DNA from: Octopus sinensis
Taxonomy: Eukaryota
Assembly: GCF_006345805.1 (NCBI RefSeq)
Contig: NC_043001.1
Location: 120,776,001 to 120,840,000, forward strand
Direction: 5' to 3'
Length of the DNA: 64,000 nucleotides
In this document: piece by piece, positions 25,764 to 36,689 of the stretch
How positions within the stretch are numbered: the first letter of the stretch is position 1
Layout of the letters: each line of letters starts with the position of its first letter
Notes under the pieces: generated by a model
Database searches by the model: none
What the model saw: the letters and a program-made list of their open reading frames with translations, nothing else
Told to the model about the DNA's origin: nothing
Position numbers and translations under genes: made by a program

Positions 25764-28230
25764 CATCATCATCGTTTAACGTCCGTTCTCCATGCTAGCA
25801 TGGGTTGGACGGTTCGACCAGGGTTCTGGGAAGCCAGAAGGCTGCACCAGGCTCCAGTCTAATCTGGCAATGTTTCTACAGCTGGATGCCCTTCCTAACG
25901 CCAACCACTCCGTGAGTGTAGTGGGTGCTTTTTACGTGCCACCTGCACAGGTGCCAGGCGGGGCTGGCAACGGCCACGGTCAGATTGGTGTATTTTATGT
26001 GCCACCGGCAAGGAAGCCAGTCGAGGCGGTGCTGGCATCGGCCACGAGTCGGATAGTGCTTTTTACGTACCACCAGACCAGGGATCCTAGCTGGTTCAAT
26101 TCGATTTCGATTTCGCTTGCCCCAACATGTCTTCACAAGCAAAGGGGGTTGGCATGGGTGCCTGTCGTACGGTCGCATTGGAGTATTTTACGTGCCACGG
26201 CCGCGAGTCGGATAGTGCTTTTTACGTACCACCAGGCCAGGGATCCTGGCTGGTTCAATTCGGTTTCGATTTCGATTGCCCCAACATGTCTTCGCAAGCA
26301 TGGGGGGTTGGCATGGGTGTCTGTCGTCGGGTGAGGTTCTATATCGACTTCGCTTGCCTCAACCGGTCTTTGCGTCCAAAGGAGGAAAGGCATTCATAAG
26401 TGGGCTGGGCTCACTTGTCCTGCCTGGTCTTCTCACATACAGAATATTTCCAAAGGTCTCGGTCGCTGGTCATTTCCTCAGTGAGGCCTAAAGTTCGAAG
26501 GTCGTGCTTCACCACCTCGTCCCAGGTTTTCCTGGGTCTACCTCTTCCACGGGTTCCCTCAACTGCTAGGGATTGGCACTTTCTCACACACCCATCTTCA
26601 TCCATTCTCGCCACATGACCATACCAGCGCAATCGTCTCTCTTGCACACCACAACTGATGCTTCTTAGGTACAACATTTCTCTCAAGGTGCTAACGCTCT
26701 GTCGAGTATGTACACTGACATTACACATCCATCGGAGCATACTGGCTTCATTCCTCACGAGCTTACGCATGTCCTCAGCAGTCACGGCCCATGTTTCGCT
26801 GCCATGTAGCATGGCTGTTCGTACACATGCATCATACAGTCTGCCTTTTACTCTGAGCGAGAGGCCTTTAGTCACCAGCAGAGGTAAGAGCTCCCTAAAC
26901 TTTGCCCAGGCTATTCTTATTCTAGCAGTTACACTTTCAGCGCACCCACCCCCACTACTGACTTGGTCACCTAGATAACGGAAGCTATCAACTACTTCTA
27001 GTTTTTCCCCCTGGAAAGTGACGGAAGTTGTTTTCTGCAGATTTTCGGAGGTTAATGCTCCCGAACATCTGCCACATACAAAAGCTATCTTCCCAGTTAG
27101 CCTACCTTTGACATTGCTGCACCTCTTATGTGTCCATAGCTTACACTGGGTACATCTTATAGAGTTTCTACCTACACCTTTTCTACAGATCGAGCAGGGC
27201 CATCTTCCTGAAGATATTTGTGGATTGTCTACCTTTCTACTTATTAGTACTTTGGTTTTAGCTAGGTTGACTCTAAGGCCCCTTGATTCTAAACCCTCCT
27301 TCCACACCTGGAACTTCTCCTCCAGTTCTGATAGTGACTCAGCAATAAGAGCAAGGTCGTCAGCGTAGAGGAGCTCCCAGGGACAGCCTGTCTTGAATTC
27401 CTCCGTAATTGCCTGGAGTACTATGATAAATAGGAGGGGGCTGAGTACTGAACCCTGGTGGACCCCAACCTCTACTTTGAATTCTTCTGTGTACATGTTG
27501 CCAACCCTAACCTTACTTACGGCATCTCTGTACATGGCTTGCACAGTCCTCACCAGCCATTCATCTATCCCTAGTTTCCTCATTGACCACCAGATAAGGG
27601 ATCGGGGGACCCTATCAAAAGCTTTCTCCATGTCAACGAAAGCCAGGTACAGGGGCTTATCTTTGGCTAGGTATTTCTCCTGCAGCTGCCTTACCAGGAA
27701 TATAGCATCAGTGGTACTTTTCCCTGGCACGAACCCAAACTGCATCTCATCTAAACTAACTCTCTCTCTAATTAGTTGGGCTATGACCCTCTCCGTAACC
27801 TTCATTACTTGATCCAACAGCTTGATACCTCTGTAATTATTTGTATCTAGGGCATCACCTTTACCTTTGTAGCAGTTGACTAGTATGCTGCTGCACCAGT
27901 CATTGGGTATGACTCCTTCGTGTATCACCTGGTTGACTATACGGGTGACTAGGTTATAGCCGACACTGCCAGATATTTTGAGCATCTCTGCAGTAATTCC
28001 TGATGGGCCTGGGGCTTTCCCTGTCTTCATGCTTCTAATTGCCTTAGCTACCACGGAACTATCAACTCGGATAGCTGGTCCCTCTGTAGGGTCAAGATTC
28101 GGCAGACTCTCTTTATCCCATTCATTTTCCTCATTCAGCAACCTTTCATAGTGGCGTCTCCAAGCTTCTCTCTTTGCATCCTCATTTAGCGCAAGTGAAC
28201 CATCCTCCATGCGAACACATTTCTCTCCTA
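25764..28230 (-). mobile_element. RTE-clade LINE, young, 5'-truncated (no APE domain)
   Basis: (CAT)n tail at 25764, modular 3' UTR to about 26400, intact RT ORF. The 5' end is followed by an inverted duplication. Confidence 0.95.
26411..28210 (-). CDS. RTE reverse transcriptase (C-terminal 599 aa) with embedded PHD-type finger
   Basis: Uninterrupted ORF with DMEKAFD, HQGSVLSP, YADD, PHD-like C4HC3 at 27065-27202, LHGSETW, RRLRWYGHVARM and GRGRPRKTW. Confidence 0.93.
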   Translation of the reverse strand: MEDGSLALNEDAKREAWRRHYERLLNEENEWDKESLPNLDPTEGPAIRVDSSVVAKAIRSMKTGKAPGPSGITAEMLKISGSVGYNLVTRIVNQVIHEGVIPNDWCSSILVNCYKGKGDALDTNNYRGIKLLDQVMKVTERVIAQLIRERVSLDEMQFGFVPGKSTTDAIFLVRQLQEKYLAKDKPLYLAFVDMEKAFDRVPRSLIWWSMRKLGIDEWLVRTVQAMYRDAVSKVRVGNMYTEEFKVEVGVHQGSVLSPLLFIIVLQAITEEFKTGCPWELLYADDLALIAESLSELEEKFQVWKEGLESRGLRVNLAKTKVLISRKVDNPQISSGRWPCSICRKGVGRNSIRCTQCKLWTHKRCSNVKGRLTGKIAFVCGRCSGALTSENLQKTTSVTFQGEKLEVVDSFRYLGDQVSSGGGCAESVTARIRIAWAKFRELLPLLVTKGLSLRVKGRLYDACVRTAMLHGSETWAVTAEDMRKLVRNEASMLRWMCNVSVHTRQSVSTLREMLYLRSISCGVQERRLRWYGHVARMDEDGCVRKCQSLAVEGTRGRGRPRKTWDEVVKHDLRTLGLTEEMTSDRDLWKYSVCEKTRQDK

Positions 28231-28354
28231 GGAGGATGGTTCACTTGCGCTAAATGAGGATGCAAAGAGAGAAGCTTGGAGACGCCACTATGAAAAGTTG
28301 CTGAATGAGGAAAATGAATGGGATAAAGAGAGTCTGCCGAATCTTGACCCTACA
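28085..28354. repeat. Fold-back inverted duplication of the LINE 5' end (124-bp arms, 22-bp spacer)
   Basis: 28085-28208 equals the reverse complement of 28231-28354 with one mismatch (GAAAGGT/GAAAAGT). Confidence 0.95.
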
Positions 28355-29059
28355 AATAGTGATATTTGTAGCTGTAGTTCAGTATAGATTTTAACATTCA
28401 TACAGACAAGCATGCACATGTACGTACACACACACACACACACATACACACTTGTTGGTGAACAAAGAAGTATTCAGCACATTTAGTTGGAGTTATCATC
28501 ATCATCATTGTTTAACATCTGCTTTTCATGCTGGCATGGGTTGGACAGTTTCACTGAGGACTGGCAAGCCAGGAAGCTGCACCAGGCTCAAGTATTTAAT
28601 AACAGGTTGCTTTAGTTAAACATTCCTTAAAGTTTCGTGGGAACAGAACATGTCAACATGATCAGGTGCATGGAGTCAGAGTAGAAAGTAATTTAAAAAA
28701 AAGCTAACTGAGAATATTTTAACATCTATTAGTTCAAGTCTCAGTTGCATTTTAGCTATCTTACAATATCAGTTCTTTCATTACATACTACATGTGGTAG
28801 AGCAAGCAAGGTGCTGTTGTCAGCCAGCATTCTGTTGGATATGACATTTCAGCAACAAGAGTTACCATTTCAGACTGCTGAAGTACAGGCACTTTTTCAC
28901 ATAAGCAAAGTCAGCAATTCTGGTATCACAAGGAGCACCCTTGACAGGGCCTATCCTTGCTCATCTGAAGTTCATAAAAGTTATTTTTATAGTCCCAGTG
29001 TTTCGAAATGAAGCAGGACAGGGTGTTAGTTTTTCTTGTCCTAAGGACAAGGTCCATCC

Positions 29060-29313
29060 TATAAAATTGAGCTGGGAGTCAGATATGATATTGAACAGGC
29101 AAGATACAGCCTTTGGACTGTATGTTTGACATTCCTGTTCTAGAGGATTGCTTCACCTACTGGAAATAGAAGCCAATTCTCCTTCAAATCATACCATATC
29201 ATCTTAAAAAGGGAAGGAGATATATCCAGGTGGTCCTGGTCATATTACTTGAGAAACAAAGAAGGGGTGATTATGGCTTAAATACTTTTGGTTATAGCCC
29301 TGTTTAACAAAGC
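29060..29313 (-). repeat. Inverted copy of 23807-24060
   Basis: TATAAAATTGAGCTGGGAG..CCCTGTTTAACAAAGC is the reverse complement of 23807-24060. Confidence 0.92.
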
Positions 29314-29704
29314 AGTGCATATTTTACATAAATCTTCATTTTGAAGTCATTAGTTATTATACCCATGATGCCATCAGCTGATGTGAGATGACTCTATAAA
29401 CAACAATCTTTGTAGGACAAAATCCACCCAATTGGACAATTGGTGAGAATCCAAAAATCACAGGTTCAAGTGGAGGGCATGTCTTACCTAAGCATGAATA
29501 GCTAGCCTTGCACAAACTACATGGGTTCTTGAGAAATGCTGGCTAATTAGTGGTCAGAAAGCTCCTAGTCATATTAGTGGAAACATCTTGATTGCAAGGA
29601 GGATTAAACCAGATTACCTTTCTCTTTGTAAGTCTGTGGGTTTTGGGATAGCAGTGTGTGACCCTCCTTATACACTAACTGTGAGTAAATCCACCCTGGA
29701 CTTG

Positions 29705-29933
29705 TACTTGTTTAAAGTAGGGTGAAGCTCTGTTGAAGATCTCTCTATCTACCAATAAATTGGAGATTCTCCTATTGATACTTGTGAGTGGGGTTCTAAT
29801 TAGATTCCTAATTACACACACACACACATGATGAATTTCCTTCAGTTTCCACTTTCAAATTCCCTCACAAAACACTGGCCAACCTGGAGCTATAATGGAA
29901 GACTTTTTTTCTTTTTTGTCAATTCACTTAAAA
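29705..29933 (+). repeat. About 230-bp composite segment directly duplicated at 30931-31169
   Basis: Unique sequence + (CA)n + SINE fragment, with only a few differences between copies. Confidence 0.88.
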
Positions 29934-30524
29934 AGTGCAGGCAATGCTTTGCAGTAAAGAAGTTTTCTTCCTAATCACTTGGGTAAGTGTCTTCTACTAT
30001 AGCCTCAGGCTGGCCAAAGCCTGGTAGGTGAATTTGGAAAATGGAAACTAAAACAAGCCTGTCGTGTGTGTGAGTGTGTGCATGTCTGTGTACGTGTGTG
30101 TGAGGGTGTATGTGTGCACACGCGTGCATTTCTGTCTCTTTGTCTTTACATGGTGTGATAGTTGTAAATGAGCATCAAGTGAGGTTGTTTACAGGATCCT
30201 GTGAAAAACATGTTTGATCTTGAGAAAATAGTACCTCACTTGGAAGCAGGTGAGGGTTAGTAACAGGAAGAATATCAGAATGTAGGAAGTTTGCCTCAAT
30301 AAATTGTATTTGAGATAAACAAAAATGAGAAGTTGGACATTGAAACATCGATGATGATGCAAAAACAAGTAAAAAAAAAGACGAAAAACATTAGCTTTTG
30401 TCTTTTGTCTTTTTTTTTTGTACTCTTTCATACTTTTACTAATTTGTTTTTGGGCAGTGGCTATACTGGAGCAGTGTCTGCAAGGTTTTTAGTTAATTAT
30501 GTTAAGCATCATCAATGAGAAGGG

Positions 30525-30930
30525 CAGAACAAATTGGGACATAAAAACAAGGATTGGGAAAGATGAGGTTGCCTTTAGACCTATCTGGAAATCTCAAACC
30601 TTGTCTGTCGATAAACACAGCTCAGAATCTGTAACCTGAGCCTGAAGATGGTTCTGTTGTGAAACATGACACATCACAAAGTTCTCCATCGAAAAATTTC
30701 AAACATTTGTAAACAGGTGTCTCAAGTACATCCGTCAGGTGAGATTGTAAGACTGACTTACAAACAAAACCTTGTGGAAGAAAGTGAGCCAACACTCAAA
30801 ACCCAAATCAAGAGATTTGGCCAGGGCACATGCTACGAAAACCTGCTTCCAACATTACAAGGCAAACCATCTAATGGATACCCTAAGGGAGACAGGAGTA
30901 TGGCAAACCAAAAACGGTATGGAAAAGGTC
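30525..30930 (+). pseudogene. Degraded RTE/BovB-like LINE 3' coding fragment
   Basis: With frameshifts it reads DIKTRIGK..AFRPIWKSQTLS..KMVLL.CET..FQTFVNRCLKYI..GHMLRKPASNITRQ..GKPKTVWKR. Confidence 0.65.
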
Positions 30931-31357
30931 TACTTGTTTATAGTAGGGTGAAGCTCTGTTGAAGATCTGTCTACCAATAAATTGGAGATTCTCCTATTGA
31001 TACTTATGAGTGGGGTTCTAATTATATTCCTAATTACACACACATGCACACACACACACACACACAATGAATTTCATTCAGTTTCCACTTTCAAATTCCC
31101 TCACAAAGCACTGGCCAACCTGTAGCTATAATGGAAGACTTTTTCTCTTTTTTGTCAATTCACTTAAAATTGTTACATTTGGGGACGACTGCAATCCACT
31201 GCCAAAGGTTATGACAGACAGATCACTTGTTGTCACCCTATGCTCTATATGGAATCAAGGAAACTGAGAATTTTTATTCAAAGTGCCTACTTGTTTTGCA
31301 ATACCACATTATACACATGCAAATATACACACATACATGCAAATATACACGCATATA

Positions 31358-31763
31358 GGTGTAGGAGTGGCTGTGTAGTAAGTAATTTGCTTACCAACCA
31401 CATGGTTCCTGGTTCAGTCTCACTGTGTGGCACCTTGGGCAAGTGTTTTCTGCTATAGCCTCGGGCCGACCAAACCCTTGTGAGTGGATTTGGTAGACGG
31501 AAACTGAAAGAAGCCCGTCGTATATATGTATATATATGTGTGTGTGTGTATGTTTGTGTTTGTTCCCCCAATATCACTTGACAACCAAGGCTTGTGTGTT
31601 TACGTCCCCGTAACTTAGCAGTTCAGCAAAAGAGAAACCGACATAATAAGTTCTAGGATTACAAAGAATAAGTCCTGGGATCGATTTGCTCGACTAAAGG
31701 CAGTGGTCCAGCATGGCCACAGTCAAATGACTGAAACAAGTAAGAGTAAAAGAGTAAAAGAGA
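31358..31763 (+). mobile_element. Full-length SINE family B copy
   Basis: Head GGAGTGGCTGTGTAGTAAG..GGTTCAGTCTC (A/B-box-like), internal (TA)(TG), 3' (GTAAAAGA)n tail. Confidence 0.88.
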
Positions 31764-32230
31764 GTCACACAGACAAATATTAGATGGACGCATGAACCTA
31801 TGCAGTATAATTTCAGTTCACCGAATAAGCATTTAATTATTGAGAGTGCAATGAGTTGGTAGGTCGTGAGTATTCTGACTCTCTGTCTATGGGAATTAAA
31901 CTGACAGAAGGAATAGACCTCTCAAATAGACCACCAAAAGAAAATATGAAATATTTAAAATTATCTTATGGGGCATACAAGCATCTAGATATTCACCATG
32001 TCAGTCACTGTTGAACTAAAGACAGTTACTCATTTAGCCACACAATATGTAAGTGGCTTGCATCATTAGTGTAAATGCTGTGTGTATGTGAGTGTGTGTG
32101 TACACACACACTCAAACTTGTATCCAGTACATGCTGGCCACAGAGGAAAGTCTCTGCAATTTTGTACAAACACGTTAGGTTGTTAGGTATATTAATCTAT
32201 TCCTCTGCCTTTCTCTCTCTTTCTGATATA

Positions 32231-32613
32231 TCTTTATATATAAAAGTGAGGTTGTGTGCTGTCTATCTCCTACGATTTAGATTCCTAACTACTCCCACAT
32301 TTTGCAGTGCAGTTTATCTTATAGTCGTGATTCATATCGAGCCCTTCTGGGTATTAGCGCGCGTCTACGATGAGACGACGATTTTAAAAAACATTTACCA
32401 TCAATTTTTCCCATTTTTAATGCATTTTTGGCATATATAAGGGAAGTAACTCTCTAAAAATTTATTATTAAATCTCAGAACGTAAAAAGCTACAGTAACA
32501 CCCCACCCTTTGTGGTTAGCCATATTGAGATGGCTATTATACTTTACATCTCTAAAAATGCTTATATAGTTATTTCCCTTACAAATCCGAGCAACGCCGG
32601 GCGATACTGCTAG
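32231..32613 (+). mobile_element. Non-autonomous Helitron-like element (383 bp)
   Basis: A|TCTTTATATATAAAA 5' end; 3' CCGAGCAACGCCGGG hairpin-like motif followed by CTAG|T; no TSD. Confidence 0.75.
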
Positions 32614-32685
32614 TATATATATATATATATATACTATACGCATTTTTTTTCTCTCCTTCTTTCTGTGTTTTTCTCTCTCTGTGTA

Positions 32686-32723
32686 TCTTTCTGTTGAAGA
32701 GCGTAGGCTCGAAACGTTAAAGA
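32686..32723 (+). ncRNA. Minimal hammerhead-like motif (core CTGTTGA, A6U variant)
   Basis: TCTTT-CTGTTGA-A-GAGC(GTAG)GCTC-GAA-ACGT-T-AAAGA, followed by a TTCCTGAGCG tail and (TA)n at about 32822. Confidence 0.55.
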
Positions 32724-32920
32724 CTTGTTTTAATTATATTTCCTGAGCGCCATACTAATACAATTGTTCGTTTGTCTTCCACCTGCCTTCGTCTTTTGTT
32801 TATTTTCATAAAGCTTCCCGTTATATATATATATATATATATCTTTGCACCATCTCCCTCTCTCTATCTCTTTGCTCTCTCCCTTTCTGTCTCCCGCTCT
32901 CTGTCTCTCAGCTCTATCTC

Positions 32921-33845
32921 CTTCTCTCTCTGTCTCTCAGCTCTGGCTCGTCTCCGTCTCTCTCAGCTCCAGCTCCCCCTCTCTCTCTCTCTCTCTCTCT
33001 CTCTCGGCTCCAGCTCTCTCTCTCTTGGTTCCAGCTCTCTCTCTCTCTCTCGGCTCCAGCTCTCTCTCTCTCTCTCGGCTCCAGCTCTCTCTCTCTCTCT
33101 CAGTTCCAGCTCTCTCTCTCTCTCTCTCGGCTCCAGCTCTCTCTCTCTCGGCTCCAGCTCTCTCTCTCTTGGCTCCAGCTCTCTCTCTCTCTCTCTCTCG
33201 GTTCCAGCTCTCTCTCTCTCTCCTCTCTCGGCTCTAGCTCTCTCTCTCTCTCTCTCTCTCTCTCGGCTCCAGCTCTCTCTCTCTCTCTCGGTTCCAGCTC
33301 TCTCTCTCTCTCTCGGTTCCAGCTCTCTCTCTCTCTCTCTCTCTCTCTCGGTTCAGCTCTCTCTCTCTCTCTCGGTTCCAGCTCTCTCTCTCTCTCTCTC
33401 TCGGTTCAGCTCTCTCTCTCTCTCTCAGTCCAGCTCTCTCTCTCTCTCTCGGTTCCAGCTCTCTCTCTCTCTCTCTCTCGGTTCCAGCTCTCTCTCTCTC
33501 TCTCTCGGCTCCAGCTCTCTCTCTCTCTCTCTCTCGGTTCCAGCTCTCTCTCTCTCTCTCGGCTCCAGCTCTCTCTCTCTCTCTCAGCTCCAGCTCTCTC
33601 TCTCTCTCTCAGCTCCAGCTCTCTCTCTCTCTCTCTTGGTTCCAGCTCTCTCTCTCTCTCTCTCTCGGTTCCAGCTCTCTCTCTTGGCTTCGGCTCCCCC
33701 CTCTCTCTCTCTCAGCTCAGTCTCCTCCTCTCTCTCTCTCTCTCGGCTCAGTCTCCTCCTCTCTCTCTCTGTCTCTCTGTCGGCTTCGGCTCCCCCTCTC
33801 TCTCTCTCTTGGCTCAGTCTCCTCCTCTCTCTCCTCTTTCCCTCT
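32921..33845. repeat. Polypyrimidine minisatellite: (CT)n runs joined by CGG(C/T)TCCAG
   Basis: About 900 bp with dozens of units of variable (CT)n length. Source of the spurious Ser/Leu ORFs. Confidence 0.95.
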
Positions 33846-35371
33846 CTACTAATTAACTGCTAAAAGGTAACATTAGACAATATGTCACTCGTGTCTGTGT
33901 AATTCATTTCATTACAATTAAAATAACAGTTAATCAGGATATAAAACTGCTTAAAACACTGACAAAATTATTCTGGTCACTTATGTCTACAAAGAATGTC
34001 TCATTTACTCAGGATTCGTTTCAGTTTTGTCAACTCTGGATGTATAAATAATATTTCTCCATAAATGTAATCTGGAAATGAAGACAAAAGAAAATTTCTT
34101 TGAATGGAATCAATGCTTCTCTGCAATGATGAGACTTTGTCAACATTATTTCTTTCTTTTACTTTTCTTTTTTTTTTATTGATTGACATTATGGTAATCA
34201 TATTGCTTGCTTTATTGAGGATTCTTTCTAACAGTAAGATTATGTAAAATAAGTATATATAACAGTAAGAAATATAAAGGCTTAAAGTAATCATATTTGG
34301 GGCCATTGAGATTACATTATTGCCACTGACTAAACCAATGGTTCTCATTCTATTTGACTTTGTAGTGCACCAGGTATGATGAAAAAAAGTGGTCACTAAG
34401 GATACTTTACCCGGAGAGATAAAAATGACTGATACACTTTGCATGAAAAGTTTAATAATAAGAATGTTTTAAAGTTAAAAATCTTGAAAATATATGGAAA
34501 ATAATTGCTTGTCTTTTGGGATTTTTGTTTTTTTACTAAACATATTTGTGTGTAAGAAAATTATTCAAGATGCTCAACATTCCATCCATTCATTCATTGA
34601 TTACAATTCCTAGAAGAGTCAAAGGAGTAGAGTTCTCAGGTACCTCTTCCATAGGGTCTTATCAAAAGCAATTACCATTACACTTTCCTGCTGGATCCCC
34701 AAGTGTGACCAGTTGAGACTATCATGCTCTTGGTCTACCCCTAGTTCTCCTGTCTTGCTGTTCTTTCCTGTGACATTCTAACCACATGTCCATAAACCTA
34801 AATTTTATATTTAAAAATCCACTGTACACCTGGATACTTTGTGCTGCTCCATTTTAAAACCACGAGAACAAACTATTTGACTGTGTCCCATGATCTTTAC
34901 TTCTTGGTTTAGAGATATTATTTGTCAGTTTGACTTATGATTTGAATGACACATTTAGTGAGCTGGTGAACCATTCTGATTTCATAAAGTGAAACATGAG
35001 AAAAACGCTGGAGCTGATTATCTTCTGGTTAGCTTGTCTCTCTAAAGATCATGAATTCATCAAAATAATATGAAGAATAAATAAGTGAACCTATTGTTTT
35101 TATCTAGTCAGTCAAGAAGTCATTCACACAGTCTCTTGTAATTATTTAACTCTTACATTAGATTTTTCAAATCAAAGACTGACATAGTTTTCTTAGCTGT
35201 AATCTATTGCCAGCTCAGAGTTATTTTTTCATTACTTAATGTGTCATTGTGGAGGTGTGTGTCTTAGTGGTTTGGTTGTTGGATTCATAGTTGTTAAATC
35301 ATGGGTCTAATACCCTGGTCAGGCAGCATGTTGCGTCCTTGAGTCAGGGACTTCAGTTCATGTTACACCAA

Positions 35372-35900
35372 TCATCATCATCATTTAATGTCTGTTTTCA
35401 ATATTGGCATGGGTTGGACAACTTGACAGAAACTGGCATGGTCAGGGGAAGTACTAGGTTCTGTTGTCTTTTGCCTTGGTTTCTACAGCTGGATGCCCTT
35501 CCTAATGCTAGCCACTTTACAGAGTATACTGGATGCTTTTTACAGGTCACCATCACCAGTACTTTTTATATGGCACCAGTCCCAGTGTTTTTTATGTGGC
35601 ACCAGCACCCACACTAATGCTTTTTTGTATTCGTTTTAGGATCTTGAGTCTGTTGTGGTGGGCAGGTCATCTTGAATACAGCAATGTACTGCATATCTTG
35701 GTCCTGTCGTCTCCTTTGTAAGGCTCAGTACTTTGAGACTAGCCTTCAGTATTTCATCCCATGTCTTCCTGGGTCTTTCTCTTCCACAACTTCCCCCCCA
35801 CTTAAAGTGATTGACACTTATTTGTGCAACCTTTCTCACCTCTCTCTATCTCATTACCAAATCAGTGCAGTCTCCTCTCTTGCACGCTGTATAATTCATT
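35372..35900 (-). mobile_element. Degraded RTE 3' fragment (ORF end + 3' UTR)
   Basis: (CAT)n tail at about 35372, GGATGCCCTTCCTAATGC, and a minus-strand GSCGRERPRKTWDEILK remnant. Confidence 0.7.
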
Positions 35901-36186
35901 TTGCCTAATGACTTCATCAAGAAACAAAATAGTTAGTCAAGTATCATTTCTCCTCTTATTTCCTTCTACTTCTTTCTTTCTTACTCTTTGACAAAAGGTT
36001 TGCCTGAAATATTAGTCTACCTTTTCCTTCTTTCAACATATAATTCACTGTGCACAACTTTGTGGGTGTCTTTACATTTTCTCCATCACCTTTTGAATTT
36101 TTGTCTACCTGTTGTAACCTCTCAAATTTTTCAATTGTCCATCTCTTATTTCCCTCATTTGATTTGTGCAGTTTTACTTATATATA

Positions 36187-36689
36187 TTGGGTTGTCTGGA
36201 AAGATTATACCGATTTTTAAAGGAAAGAAAAAGGTCAATAAATACTTGCCATTACATTTTAATCAGCCAAATATGAGCCATTTTGTTGCACAATGCGTCC
36301 CCATCTTTCCTTTAACTTGAAAATACCCTCTTCCCAGAACTGAGGTGGTTTCATGACAAAGAATTCATCAAGGTATCTTTTTACGTCATCCAAGGAATTG
36401 AAACTTTTACCATTAAGACTATTCTGCAGAGACCTGAATAAGTGGAAATCTGAAGGAGCAATATCTTGTGAATATGGAGGGTGGGGGTAACACATCCCAG
36501 CCGAGCTGCAGCAATTTTTGTCTGGTTCCCAAAGCATCAAGTGCCGAAAATGAACTTTATCTTCCATTTTAAAGGGTTACGGAATTAACACAAGTTATAG
36601 GAACATAAACCTTCTTCCACGAAAAGATGGCTTAAACTATGCTCTAAATGGAGGTGTAGTTAAATCCTATTTTATGGACTCAACCATGT
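36187..36689 (-). mobile_element. Internally deleted mariner element (503 bp) with TIRs and TA TSD
   Basis: TA|TTGGGTTGTCTGGAAAG ... CTTTCCGGATAACCCAA|TA. The transposase N-terminus MEDKVHFRHLML is fused to the C-terminal HPPYSQDIAPSDFHLF region. Confidence 0.9.

Noticed and set aside
26658-27812. Plus-strand ORFs of 106-139 aa (and minus-strand ORFs at 2327-3956)
   Set aside because: Antisense shadows of the RTE RT ORF.
30641-30670. CTGAAGA..GAAACATG hammerhead-like string
   Set aside because: No stem II; it is better explained as RTE coding remnant LKMVLL.CET.
31358-31440. tRNA gene calls at SINE heads (also 14680-14745 and 49480-49550)
   Set aside because: A/B boxes are present, but no complete cloverleaf is evident and each continues into a repeated SINE body.
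32772-33863. 363-aa Ser/Leu-rich ORF
   Set aside because: Stop-free only because it reads a (CT)n minisatellite; no domain or splice context.
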